A stretch of DNA of 64,000 nt from assembly GCF_963921235.1 (NCBI RefSeq), contig NC_086108.1, positions 49,850,001 to 49,914,000 of the forward strand, given 5' to 3'. The DNA is from Mobula hypostoma. Taxonomy: Eukaryota. Below the pieces are notes generated by a model. The model was not told where the DNA came from and searched no databases. It worked only from the letters and a program-made list of their open reading frames with translations. The number at the start of each line of letters is the position of its first letter. Position 1 is the stretch's first letter. Position numbers and translations under genes: made by a program. Positions 1 through 12,914 of the stretch are shown piece after piece.

Positions 1-587
1 TAGAAGTGAAACCAAACTTAATGACGCTTCCCATAAGAACAGAACAGACTCGAGGGGTAAATGACCAGCTTCTTAATACTGTGTTCCAATGTACTGAAAA
101 CAAATTCACAATGCCAGGACATGTAACTGGCCTGGGGCCAAACCATTAATCTAGGTTTGCAGCATCCTTCAAACAAATACTGGGCAGTATGTTGAACCAC
201 TAACAATCTGTCCATTTCCAACCTGCACAAGCATTATCATGCAAGAGACACGAACACAAAGTTAAACCACGTCTAATTAATTTGGATTTTTGGGAAACCT
301 TAAATCCTGTCATGGAACTGCAGAAAACACATCAGTACAAGACCATTTGGCTCATCAGGTTTGCGCCTGTCAAGAAAGAAACATCCAGCCTGATCCTACC
401 ATCTAATATTTGGTCCATATTCCTGCAGTTCACGTGCACTGTGAGTACTTCTGACATGTGATGAGGGCTTCTACCTCATTAAGGCTTTTAGTGCCAGACC
501 CAACTACCCTCCGAGAGAACACATTTTTTTTCTTTCATTTACCATCTAACCTTTTTGTTACTGTCTTTAACTTTATATCCCCTTGTT

Positions 588-1075
588 TCAAAGGTACATT
601 TAATGTCAGAGAAATGTATGCAATATACATCCTGAAATGCCTTTTCTTCACAAGCATCCTCGAAAACAGCGGAGTGCCCCCAAAGAATGAATGAAAGTTA
701 AATGTTAGAACCCCAAAGTACTTCCCAGTTCCCCCTTCCCACGCATAAGCAGTAGCAAAGCAACGATTCCCCCACACCCCCCACCAGCAAAAAAAAAGCA
801 TCAGCACCCGCCACCAAGCACTCAAGCGTGCAGCAAAGCAACAGCAAAGACACAGACTTGCAGTACCCCAAAGACTACTCGTTCACCCGGTATTCGACAT
901 AACACATGCTCTCTCTCTTCTAATAAGGGAGAAGGAGGTGCCTCTATTTCACAGCAAGAGGGGAGACATAACAAACAACTCGCTGGTTTACAATGTTAAA
1001 AGTCCGTTGCATCGCTTTTTCCAAGCTCTGTGCCCAAAGATCTCAGTTCTCAGAGCACACAGCTAGAGATCTTCC
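588..1075 (-). mobile_element. Non-autonomous retroelement with Rex1-like 3' tail
   Basis: Minus strand ends ...atttcaggatgtatattgcatacatttctctgacattaaatgtacctttga, resembling the tails of the Rex1-like copies at ~33070-33180 and ~34450-34520; no coding capacity. Confidence 0.45.
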
Positions 1076-1399
1076 AACTCCCAGCCCCTTAGTAAAGGTC
1101 ATTCCTACGCATTCCACCTATTGTTTTCATAATCTTACATACCTTACTTAAATCTCTTCTCACTCCAGTTCAAACAAAACAAGCCCAAACAAGGTCGAAA
1201 CTGCTAAAGATATCCAGCTGGCTAGACAGCATCCATGAAGGGAGAAACAGAGTTCTTTTTTTTTAGAGATTAAATCTTAGCATTATTTGTCATATGTGCA
1301 TCGAAACATCAAACCATACAGTGAAATGCGTGTTCTGTGTCTGAGGATTGTGGTGAGATCACATCCTTCCAGCATCAATGTAGCATGCCCACAACTTGC

Positions 1400-1800
1400 T
1401 ACACTAACCGTAGTCGTTGGAATATGGGAGGAAATCCGGAGCACCTGCAGGAACCCCATGTGGTCACAGGGAGAACATACGAACTCCTTACAGACAGTGA
1501 GGGGAATCAAATCCGGAGCACACGCAGGAACCCCACATTGTCACGGGGAGAACATACGAACTCCTTACACACAACAACGAGAAGCAAATCCGGAGCACCT
1601 GCAGGAACCCCATGTGGTCACTGGGAGAACATACAAACTTCTTACAGACAGTGACAGGAATCAAATCTGGATCACCTGCAGGAACCTCACGTGGTCACAG
1701 GAAGAACATACGAACTCCTTACAGACAGTGATGGGATTCAACACCCAACTGGTGACCACAGATAATGTAAAGCAATTGTGCTCACGGCTGCACCATCGTG
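1400..1800 (-). mobile_element. tRNA-derived V-SINE-like element with internal tandem amplification
   Basis: Shares tgggaggaaa..ggagcacc..cacagggagaacatac.aactccttac with single-copy SINEs at 12383-12555 and 41725-41940. Confidence 0.7.
1432..1739. repeat. Tandem repeat, 4 x 77 bp
   Basis: Units start AAATC(C/T)GGA at 1432, 1509, 1586 and 1663. Confidence 0.95.
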
Positions 1801-2399
1801 CCATCCTCCTGCTTAGCTCTGAGAAGGGACCAGATCAAGAGTTTTCAGGCTAGTATGGATGCAAACCATATTTCAGATCAATGATCCCTCAGCGTTCCAG
1901 GAAAAATTAAAAATAAAAGAATATTTTGACCTGCAGAAAAGGGGAGGTGACGAGCATGGGGTAGCGGTGGTTGTTATATGTGGTAAGGTGTGGACTAAAG
2001 TTAGAGAAAATATATACTTTAAATTTCAGCATTTTGAGACAAAGGAGAACTAAAAGAAAAGTAAACTGAAACTAATCTGAACCAGAGTTTATGACTGTCT
2101 TATATGACTTTAGATTTGTTGATTTGCAGTAGCTGCATGTTGCAAAGACAAATTAATATAAATTACAAAATAAATAAATAGTGCTAAAAAGGAATAATTA
2201 GGTAGTATAAATTACTACAGAGTTAAGATCAGAGAGTTAAACACGTGATCCAAAGATTGGTATGGAAGATCTGGGTTGAATTCCAGAGACATTGACACCA
2301 GTACCGGGGAAGGAGCTGTTCCAATGGGTAGGGTACCACTCAAAACTATGCTGAGACAGGGTCCTGGCAAAATGCATAACTCGGCCTGTGGATAGGGCC

Positions 2400-2998
2400 T
2401 TAAACTAAATAGTAACAGGATGGGTTCAACAACTTGGAAAAGTATGAATAAAGTAAAAGGGAAGCAGAGTGCAGGAGAGGTTACTGACATCTTCAAAATA
2501 AAGAATAAGACAAGAAGTTTAGAAAGGGATAAGAATTTAACTTCAGGCAATATGGAGACAAAATTGAAAAGAAGGGTGGTGAATGCAGGACTGAAGGTCT
2601 AATGTTTGAATGCACACAGAATACGAAATAAGGTAGATGATCTTGTAGCACAGTTAGAAATTGGTAGGTATGACACTGAGAAAATCACAGAGTTGTGGCT
2701 GAAAGAAGATCACAACTGGGAGCTTAACATTCAAGGATACATATAAGATCAGAAGTGCAGGCAGGTAGGCAGAGTGGGTGGGGGTGGTTTTGCGGGTGAA
2801 AATGAAATCAAATCCTTAGAAAGAAGTCACATAAGATCAGAAGATTTAAAATGCTTGTCAGTTGACATAAAAAAAACTGAAAGGGTTATAAGACCCCGGT
2901 GGGAGTTATATATATGTCACCAAACAGTAGCCAGGATGTGGGCTATAAATTTAACAGGCAATTGAAAACTCATGTAAAAAGGGCAAAGTTACAATGGT
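2400..2998 (+). mobile_element. CR1 LINE fragment (ORF1 end / ORF2 endonuclease N-terminus), decayed
   Basis: Translates LNAHRIRNKVDDLVAQLEIGRYD..ITELWL; colinear with the CR1 at 47960-48350. Confidence 0.8.
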
Positions 2999-3340
2999 CA
3001 AAGTTCAAAGTAAATTTATTATCAAAGCACATATATGCCACTGAAGCACCTTCAATAACTCCAAAAGACCGAGGTTTGGTAAAATACAGAAAGGCTTTTA
3101 TTCGCTCTACAATACAACCTCCACAGTGAGTGTCTGCCCCCGGACTGAGGGGGAGGGGCAAGGTGAAACACCTTTATACAGGAAACTGTGGGAGGAGCCA
3201 CAGGAGCAGTCAGCAGAGGGGCGTGTCCAGACAGTTAACCCAGTTACAACACATATATATGGTTTACTACAGCCACCATATACAATCCTGAGATTCATTT
3301 TCTTGTGGGCATATACAATAAATCCATAATAGAATAATGC
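2999..3340 (-). mobile_element. Rex1-like LINE 3' tail interrupted by a solo LTR
   Basis: caaagttcaaagtaaatttattatcaaa..atatatgccac|catatacaatcctgagatt matches the uninterrupted copy at ~34449-34545. Confidence 0.75.
3042..3271 (-). mobile_element. Solo LTR (230 bp) with 5-bp TSD GCCAC
   Basis: TG...CA ends; GCCAC at 3037-3041 and 3272-3276; TATAAAG and AATAAA on the minus strand; empty-site homologue at ~34480. Confidence 0.85.
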
Positions 3341-4579
3341 ATCTAAGCAAATAGGAAAATATATGCAAAATGGACTTCCTCCATTAACTACCAGTAAATT
3401 ACATTGATGTAGACTTTAATCATCTCCACGCTCATTTGACTGTCAGTCAATGCAAATTACTGTATGTCCATTTTACAGCCATTTCCAATCTGCTTTATTC
3501 CATTTTCTTGTATATGATGTCCTCCAGATTCCGACATTTCCCTGTACATTGCATGACAGAATATGGTGTCTAACCTTTCCATTTTTCACGGAATCTTAAG
3601 GCACAGAGGCAAAGTGATCCCTTAGAAGCCGTGCTGGCTCTTTGAAAGACCTATCTGATTAGTGACACTCCCTTCCCCTTTCTTTATAGGTTAACAATGT
3701 GATTGACTTTTAGTTCAGGGCAATTAGCACCATGCAATAAATGCCTACATCAGCAAAGTTATTGTCCAACAAAATCTTTCATTTTTCAGTGTATAGTCAA
3801 TATTCTTTGAAAATTAGTTTTGAATCTGTTTCCACTGCACTTACGTGGGTACATTTTGGATTATTACTTGCTTTGATCAAAAATTATCTCCATATCTTCA
3901 CATGTTTCAGCCTATTTTCTCAAAATACATTTAAAGCATTGTGACATTTATTCTTTAATCTAATCTATTAACTCTGATGCTTTTGGACTTTCTGAACATT
4001 TCCAGTGTTTCCTGTTATTTGTGGTCTTAAAGGACATGTTGTCTCCAAGTGAAAACAGTTCTCTTTATTGCTTGAATCCTTCTAATAACGTCTCTCTTCA
4101 CCTGCTCTACTATAATAAAATTGATAACTCCTCCAGACTGACTTCAAACTTAAAGCCATAATACATTGGAGCAGAATTAGGCCAATTGGCCCATCGAGTC
4201 TGCTCCACCATTTCATCATGCCTGATCCATTTCCCTCTCAAACCCATTCTCCTGCCTACTCCCCATAACCTTTCACGCCCTGACATATCAAGAATCTATC
4301 AACCTTTGCTTTAGATACATTCAATGATTTGACCTCCACAGCCATCTGTGGGAATGAATTTCACAGATTCACCACCCTCTGGCTGAAAAAAATTCTTCCT
4401 CATCTCCATTCTAAATGGATGTCCCTCTATTCTGAGGCTGTGTCCTCTGGTCCTAGAGACTCCCCCACTACAGGAAACATCCTCTCCTCATCCACTCTAT
4501 CTAGGCCTTTCAACAGGAGATAGGTTTCAGTGGAATTCCCGTCATTCTTCTAAATTCCAGCAAGTACAGGAGCAAAGCC

Positions 4580-6255
4580 TTCTTGGATACGCAATTGGTG
4601 CCCCCTGTTTTGTTGAGTGTGCATATGATGTGATTGCGTTGTCAGATCACGCACCTATGAAACTAACTTTGGAATTTTCTGATAATATTTACAGACCTCA
4701 GTGGAGACTTAACATTTCATTGTTACAAGATTCAATTTTTGTAAATTTTATTAAAGAATAAATTTCTCTATTCTTTGAATTGAATACAACTGAGGGAATG
4801 TCAGATTTGGTTATTTGGGATACGATGAAATCTTTTCTTAGGGATAATTTCATATTCAGTAGGTTTAAGAAGGAAAACTAAGGCAGAACTTTTGCTGATC
4901 ACTAATAGGATTAAAGAAATAGATAAACTCTATTCAGTAACGCCTAGTGAAGATCTCTTTAAGGAACGGGTGGAACTCGAAGCACAACATGATTTGCTTT
5001 TGACTTTTCCTATTGAACAGCAATTTTTTAAATCCAAAAGCCAATTTTATATACACGGAGACAAATCAGGCAAATTATTGGCTGGTCAGTTAAAAGCAAG
5101 TATGGCTAGAAGACAGATCCTGAAAATAAGAAGACCTGACAGAACTACAACGGTAGATGCTCATGAAATTAATAAGACATTTATGGATTTCTACTCTAAT
5201 CTTTATGAGTCTGAATGTTCAGATAATATTACTTTTATGAATAGTTTTTTGCAAAAAGTGAATATACCTAAAATTTCTATTCAAGCTATGAATACATTAG
5301 ATGCACCTATTAAACAAGAGGAAATAGCAAGGGCTATATCCTCTCTTCAATCAGCTAAAGCTCTGGGACCAGATGGATATAAAGTGGAATTTTATTTTAC
5401 TGATATACTTATACCTTATTTATGTCAAATTTTCACTAACTCTATATCCTCTGGTACTCTCCCAAAAACTTTCTATGAAGCTTCAATCTCTTTAATGCCT
5501 AAAAAAGATAAAGATTTATCTGAATGCGCCTCTTATAGACCAATTTCTCTATTGAATGTGGATTTTTAAATTCTCTCCAAGATTTTGGCTAATAGACTTG
5601 AGAATATTTTACCTACTGTTATTTCCAATGACCAAACTGGATTTATTAAAAATAGATATTCACATTTTAATATTCGAAGATTATTAAATATTATTCACCA
5701 TCTAAAGAATCTGAATGTGTTATTTCTCTTGATGCAGAGAAAGCCTTTGATAGGGTGGAGTGGTCTTACTTATTTGAGGTTTTGGAAAGATTCAATCTTG
5801 GCCCGGGATTTATTTCCTGGATTAAATTGATCTATCATGCTCCCATGGCTGCTGTTATAACTAATAATCAAAAATCTCCCTATTTTAGATCATATAGGGG
5901 TACTTAACAGGGATGCCCTCTTAGCCCTTTATTATTTAACCTGGCCTTAGAACCCCTTGCTATTGTTCTTAGAGATCCTAACACTTCAGGGTATTAAGAG
6001 AGGGGACAAAGTACACGAGGTTTTATTATATGCTGATGACCTGTTAGTTTACATTTTGGATCCTAGGAAATCTATTCCTTCTATGTTATCTATACTTTCT
6101 GAATTTAGCAGTTTTTCTGGCTATAAATTAAATTTACATAAAAGTGAGTTATTTCCTATTAATAATTACTCGGATCCAAATCATCAAATACCTTTTACTA
6201 TTGCGAAAAATTATTTTACCTGTCTTGGTATTAAAATTACTAAAAATTTTAAGAA

Positions 6256-6304
<49 letters not shown>

Positions 6305-8216
6305 TTTCCATTAATTGGCTACTCCAAACAAATGCTTTCTAAATGGTCTCCTATGACATTATCATTAATAGGTCAAATTAATGCCATTAAAATGATAGTT
6401 TTACCAAAATTTTTATATATATTCAGGCAGTTCCCTCTTTTGTTCCTAAAAAGTTCTTTGACAGAATAGATTCTGTAATTTCATCTTATATTTGGAAAAA
6501 TAAAAATCCTAGATTGAGTAAACCCTTATTGCAGAAATTAAAAAAGGATGGTGGTATGGCTTTGCCTAACTTTAGAATGTACCATTGGGCAATCAATATT
6601 CAATATGCTAGTTTTTGGATTCACTATTTAAACATACAGGAATGTCCTTCATGGTTGGATCTAGAGGTAAACTTGGTGAAAGGTTTCTCTTTGGCCTCTT
6701 TACTGGGAGTTCCTCTTCCCTTTTTGTTTTCTAAGATTAGTAGACAAGAATTTAATCCCGTTATTAAACACACATTAAGAATTTGGTTCCAGTTTCATAG
6801 ATTTTTTGAGTTTAATAATTTTATTCTTTCTAATAATATTTATCTTAATTATTTTTTAAACCATCAATTTTGGATAAGGCCTTTTTAATTTGGAAAACCA
6901 AGGGAATGATAACTTTTTCAGATTTGTTTTTAGGGGACTGTTTAATGTTTTTTTCTCAGCGGATAAATATGATGTATCGAATGTACACTTTTTTAGATAT
7001 TTACAAATTAGGAATTTTTTACGTGGTTTGTTACCAAGTCACCCTTCTGCCTATCTACCTAATACGATAGATGTTCTCTTTCAGTTTAAACCATTTCAAA
7101 AAGGGTTGATAGCTATAATCTATAAACGGTTATTGAGTTTACGAATGATGTCTAACGATAAAATTAAACGCGCTGGGACTTGGAACTTCAAGAGTCATTT
7201 TCAGATAATCAAAGGAGTAAAATTTTTCATTTGGTTTCCAACTCATCTATTTGTGCCCGTCATTCCTTGATACAGTTCAAGGTAGTGAACCGGGCCCATA
7301 AGTCAAAGGATAAACTAGCACATATTTTCTCCAGTATTAATCCTATTTGTGATAGATGTAATACTGAGTTAGCCACTTTAACTCATATGTATTGGTCTTG
7401 TATAAAGCTAGATAACTTTTGGAGAGATGTTTTTAAAACACTATCAAGAGTTTTGGATTTGGATCTACAACCTCACTTGCTTACGGCAACTTTTGGGATT
7501 ATCCCATTGGAAGCAGGAAATATTCCTGTTTCCGCTCAACGTATGATAACCTTTTCGACATTACTGGCTAGGAGAGCCATTTTATTGAAGTGGAAGGATT
7601 CTAATCCACTGCTCACAATATTCCCTGTGAGGCCTCACTAATGCCTTATAAAGCTTCAGCATTACATTCTTGTTTTTATATTCTCGTCCTCTTGATAAAA
7701 ACATTCTTGTTTTTATATTCTCGTCCTATTGGCTCTCCTCCATCATGTCCTTAAAATAAGTCATCAGACATGTGATACATCCTTTAAATTTGAACAAATA
7801 CGGTGACCTTTTATCCAATATTTTCAGTTAATTTGATTTATTACTCTTTCAAGTTTTTTTTCGAGGTTTTAGATTTGATCAGAAAGTTTTTCTCTCCTTT
7901 TTTTTGGTTGTATCCTCAAAATGGACTGCCCAGTCCCTTTTTTTTTGTTTTGTTTGTTCTGTTTTTTTAATATAGTGTAGTGGTTTCTTTTCCTCTCTAT
8001 TTAAAACTTAATTTTTCTCCTTTCTCCTTTTAACTGGTAAGAGGAGAATTCTATTTTTCTTTTTTATATTATATATTTTATACTAGTTTAACAATATCTA
8101 TGATTTTGACAGTGCCTATTTTAATTTTGGTTACTGATATATATACTTGAACTAATTCTCCTCTTGATTGTATTTATGTTTTTTTAAATCAATAAAAAGA
8201 TTAATAAAGAAAGAAG
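4580..8216 (+). mobile_element. L1-clade LINE, 5'-truncated ORF2 pseudogene (EN end, RT, C-terminal zinc finger, T-rich 3' UTR)
   Basis: IALSDHAP (~4633), GDKSGKLLA, KALGPDGY, SYRPISLLNVD, QGCPLSP, YADD (6029-6040), CDRC..LTHMYWSC; frameshifts; ends aataaaaagattaataaagaaagaa; degenerate TSD ggagcaaagcc (4569-4579) / ggaccagagcc (8217-8227). Confidence 0.93.
6258..6299. repeat. (TA)n microsatellite inside L1 ORF2
   Basis: Direct reading; accounts for the YIYIYI run in ORF 5957..6469. Confidence 0.95.
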
Positions 8217-9004
8217 GGACCAGAGCCATCAAACACTCCTCATATGACAAGCCTTTCAATCCTGGAATGATTTTTGTGAACCTCCTTTGAACCTCTTCAA
8301 AGTTAGCACATCCCTTCTTAAATAAGGGGCCCAAAACTGCTTACAATCCTCCATGTGAGGCCTCACTAATGCCTTATAAAGCTTCAGCATTACATTCTTG
8401 TTATTATATTCTCGTCCTCTTGATAAAAATGCTAATACTGCATTTGCCTTCCTCACTACCAACTCAATCTGCAAGTTAACTCTTAGGGAATCCTGCACGA
8501 GGACTCCTAAGTCTCTAAGTCTCTTTGCACCTCAGTTTTTTTAAATTTTCTCTCCGTTTAGAAAACAGTCTATGCTTTTATTCCTTCTACCGAAGTGCAT
8601 GACCATGCACTTCCCAACACTGCATTCCATCTGCCACTTCTTTGTCCATTCTCCTCATCTGTCTGTCTTTCTGCAGTCTCTCTGCTTCCTTAACACCTCC
8701 TGCCCCTCCACCTATCTTCATATCCTCTGCAAACTTGGCTATCAATTCTGTCATGCTGACTTTTGCCTATTATAATGTGCCTCCAAGTACCCCAAAAACC
8801 TCATCCTTAATCATTGACTCCAACATCTTTCCAACCACTGAGGTCAGGTTAACTGGCCTATAATTTCCTTTCTTAGGTCTCCCTCCCTTCTTGAAGAGTG
8901 GAGTCACGTTTGCAATTTTCCAGTCCTCTGGAACCATGCCAGAATCTAGTGATTCTTGAAAGATCACTAGTAATACCTCACAATCTCTTCAGCCACCTCT
9001 TTCC

Positions 9005-9488
9005 AAACCCTTGGGTATAGTCCATTTGGTGCAGATAATTTATCTAGCAAACCCTTGGGTATAGTCCATTTGGTGCAGATAATTTATCTAGCGAACCCTT
9101 GGGTATAGTCCATTTGGTGCAGATAATTTATCTAGCAAACCCTTGGGTATAGTCCATTTGGTGCAGATAATTTATCTAGCAAACCCTTGGGTATAGTCCA
9201 TTTGGTGCAGGTAATTTACCTAGCAAACCCTTGGGTATAGTCCATTTGGTGCAGGTAATTTACCTAGTGAACCCTTGGGTATAGTCCATTTGGTGCAGGT
9301 AATTTACCTAGCAAACCCTTGGGTATAGTCCATTTGGTGCAGATAATTTATCTAGCAAACCCTTGGGTATAGTCCATTTGGTGCAGGTAATTTACCTAGT
9401 GAACCCTTGGGTATAGTCCATTTGGTGCAGGTAATTTACCTAGCGAACCCTTGGGTATAGTCCATTTGGTGCAGGTAATTTATCTAAC
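9005..9488. repeat. Minisatellite, 11 x 44 bp, derived from CR1 ORF2
   Basis: Unit RAACCCTTGGGTATAGTCCATTTGGTGCAGRTAATTTAYCTAGY every 44 bp from 9005 to 9445. Confidence 0.97.
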
Positions 9489-10832
9489 GTTGGACATTTC
9501 ACCTTCCAAAGCACCTTCTGCCTTGTAATAGCAACTGCACTCACTTCTGCCCCCTGACTCTCTCCCACTTTCGGCATGCCGCTGGTGTCTTCCACAGTGA
9601 AGACTGATGCAAAATACCTATTCAGTTCATCTGCCATTTCCTTGTCCCCCCATTACTACCACTACAGCTTCATTTTCAGTGGTCTGATGTCTACTCTCAC
9701 CTCTCTTTTACTCTTTATATAATTGAAAAATGTTTGGTATCCTCTGATATTATTTATATTTCATAGTTTCAATCATTATAGCTTTTTTAGTTGCCTTCTG
9801 TTGGATTACTTCCTGCTCAACTTTTGCTCTATTGTATGCCCTCTCTTTTGTTTTTATGGTGTCTTTGGCTTCCCTTGTCTGTCATTAGTTGTATCATCCT
9901 GCCTTTGGAGTACGACTTCTTCTTTTGGATGTATCTATCCTGTGCCTTCTGAACTGGTTCCAGAAACTCTAACCATTGCTACTCTGCCATCATCCCTGCT
10001 AGTGTCCCCTTCCAATCAGCTTTGGCCAGCTCCTCTCTCATCCCTCTGCAATTCCCTTCATTCCACTGTAATATTGATACATCTGACTTTAGCTTCTCCC
10101 TCTCAAATTGCAGGATGAATTCTACCATATTATGATAACCATCTCCTAAGGGTTCCCTTACCTTAAGCTGCCTAATCAAATCCAGTTCATTACACAACAC
10201 CCGATCCAGAATAGCTGATCCCCTAATGGGTTCAACCACAAGCTGCTCTAAAAAGCCATATTGTAGGCATTCTAAAAATTTTCTCCCACTGAATCCAAAA
10301 CCAGTACCAACCTGATTTTCCCGATCTACCTGCACATAGACATCTCCCCATGACTATAGTAACATTGCCCTTTCGACATGCATTTTCTATCTCCAGTTTT
10401 AATTTGTAGCCCACATCCTGTGCAGAGGCCTGTATATGACTTCCATTCGGTTCTTTTTTACCCCTGCAGTTCTTTAACTCTATCAATGATTCTACACCTT
10501 CAGATCCTGTGCCACCTCATTTTATGGAGGTTATTTCATTTTTTAACCAATGGAGACTTGCCATCCCCTCTGCCTACTTGTCTGGCCTTTCAATACAATG
10601 TGCATCCAGCCACGACTCAGTGATGCCCAGAACGTCATACCTGCCGATCCCTAACTGCACTACAAGATAATCTACCCTATTTTGTATACTGCTTGCATTC
10701 ACCCCTGTATTTGTCATGCCTTTTGATTTTGTTCCCCTGTTACACTGCAGCTCATTCCACTGAAAGCAATTTTGCCCCATCACCTACCCGTCCTTCCGTC
10801 CTTCCTAACAGTCTCACACACAGCCTCTGCTT

Positions 10833-11029
10833 CTCATTCTTGATTTGACTGGGCTGCCAGAAAAAAAACACCAAAAGCCCACAAACACTCCTGCTTAAAA
10901 TCCCACTCACAGACCCGTCTGTAGCCTCCTCTCTCACTCCCGATTCGACTGGGCTGCCAGAAAAACGCGAAAAGCCTGCAAACACTCCTTTTTAAAATCT
11001 CACTCATGGACCTGTGAGTAGCCTCCTCT
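10833..11029. repeat. Two diverged ~98-bp tandem units at the 5' side of the CR1
   Basis: gactgggctgccagaaaaa..aaaagcc...aaacactcct..ttaaaatc.cactca..gacc.gt..gtagcctcctct occurs twice. Confidence 0.8.
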
Positions 11030-12382
11030 TTTGTTCCCAGTTCTGCAAGTTGTGCAGCAAATCACGTCCTCCTTGGCCAAAAACGTTTCCATCTCTACAG
11101 GGAGAACTGACAACTGTAGGCACAAAAGGACATGCATGCATTGCCTTGCAGTGGCCTGCTGATCTGATTGAAATTGATATCCCCCAGACTCTGTGCAATT
11201 ACTTTAGTAAACAATTATTACAAATAATTTGAATCAAATTGCTAATTATTGTAACACATTAATAACATAAATATTGAAATTCACTATTCTCCTACATCCC
11301 TCACACAACCATCAGTACTCTTCATCACTGTTCTATCAGAAGGATACACACACTAAAGTTGGTGGCACAGTGGTATACAGTCAACAAGGAGTGGCCGAGA
11401 GTCCCCAGTAAGTCCAATATCCCAGATTTGTCAGATGCTTATTTGACATTCATAAACAGCTGGGCATATGATTATCACCCTTCACAACATAAAATCACAT
11501 AACATGTTGATCTGCAAATTCATTGCCCTTCCTTCATCATTACTGACACAAGAAACAGGAAACTCCTAAACTAGCTGTACTGCTTGGGTGTTGCTTTGAC
11601 ACAGGGGTTGTTACTATTAAGAAAGGTGCCTCCTCACTCGAAGATAATTAGCAATCAGAATGACGAGTCATTGAGTTCATAATAGTAAATGAACAAAAAC
11701 ATACCTTTTCCTGTCTGGGAGGCTATTTTATGAGCCTTAAAGTGTTTTTTTAGGAGCATTATGTTTTCAAATTACTCTCTAAGGAAATACTGCAGGTTTG
11801 CTCATTATAAACTCTCAGTAAAATAAATAAGATGCCACAGCCTTTATGAAACCATCCCATTTTAACTGAGTTGCAAACCTGGCTTCAGAACTCTCTCTCT
11901 CTCTCAAGCTAACCACCATTAAATCCTGTCAGAATAGAATGAAGAGATTTAATTGTATTTATATTGCTGGAATCTATATACCACCACCCCTAACCTTGCT
12001 ATAATTCCATATTTCAAAACCCAAGAGTCCAGATAAACAAAGTGCTTATGTACCTTTTCAGTTCAGAGTCTTACAATAAAATGCAAGATCTTACAATATA
12101 TTTTCTGATGATAGCCCCAACTGCTGCAGTAAGGATGACTAATTGTATCACTAAGTCATGGAGCAGGACAGTTTTTATTTAAATGGACCTTCACTTGGTC
12201 ACATGTAGCAGAAAATTTACACTTCCATTCCTTTATGCCCTTGAGATTTCACAGAGGAAGAATTTATGAGGGATGTACCAAGCAATGAGGGTCTTGTCTT
12301 TAATATTGTTTGCTCTGTGAAAGATGGTTAGCTGCAGCTACTAAACACGTATACTGCACTGAAACAGGGACCACTGCCTCAT

Positions 12383-12555
12383 CACAGGACAATTTACAAT
12401 GACTAGTTAGCATACTAACCGGTATGCTTTTGGAATGTGGGAGGAAACCCGAGCACCCGGAGGAAACCCACACACTCCTGGGGAGAATGCATAAACTCCT
12501 TACAAACTGCACTGGAATTGAACCCTGAACAACAGTTCAATTCACTACCATGGCA
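12383..12555 (-). mobile_element. V-SINE-like element
   Basis: tttggaatgtgggaggaaacccgagcacccggaggaaacccac..gggagaatgcataaactcc; B-box-like GGGTTCAATTCC on the minus strand. Confidence 0.7.
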
Positions 12556-12914
12556 CTAATTATACAGTCATTAACCACTTATTAAGATATGCAGCAAACT
12601 CCATTCCACATACCTAGCCCTAGCTCAGCATCACCATCTGATCGCAGCATGTAGCTGTCACCAGATCAAGATCCCCATTCCCTATTACTGCCCTGCTACT
12701 CTCTCCAACAGCAACATCCTAAAGTTGACACCAGTATAATGTCTGAAGTCTCTTCTGCATTGCCATTTACTGAGGCAGGTAGCAAGGTTCAAACTCTACG
12801 TGCCACTGGAGTCAATACAGCATTGATTCACAAAACCGATCCTTGGGATGAGCCAATCGTCTTCTGAGCAAAGAATCCAGTTTATAATTCAACAATGTAA
12901 AGGTAAGCCAATCA

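Larger units (their letters stand above)
4160..10820 (-). mobile_element. CR1 LINE ORF2 to 3' end, split by an L1 insertion (4580-8216) and carrying an internal RT deletion
   Basis: Minus-strand peptides KLYKALVRPHME, VPEDWKIANVTPLFKKG..GNYRPVNLTS, MADELNRYFASVFT, SAILDRVL; CR1 3' UTR at 4160-4330. Confidence 0.9.

Noticed and set aside
1287..1853. 188-aa repetitive ORF as a gene
   Set aside because: By-product of the 77-bp SINE tandem; the period is not a multiple of 3, so the same peptides cycle through frames.
4892..7641. Active L1 ORF2
   Set aside because: 5'-truncated with multiple frameshifts and stops, a microsatellite and a foreign patch.
9005..9488. CRISPR-like array
   Set aside because: Units are head-to-tail with no unique spacers, derive from CR1 coding sequence, and there are no cas genes; the context is eukaryotic.
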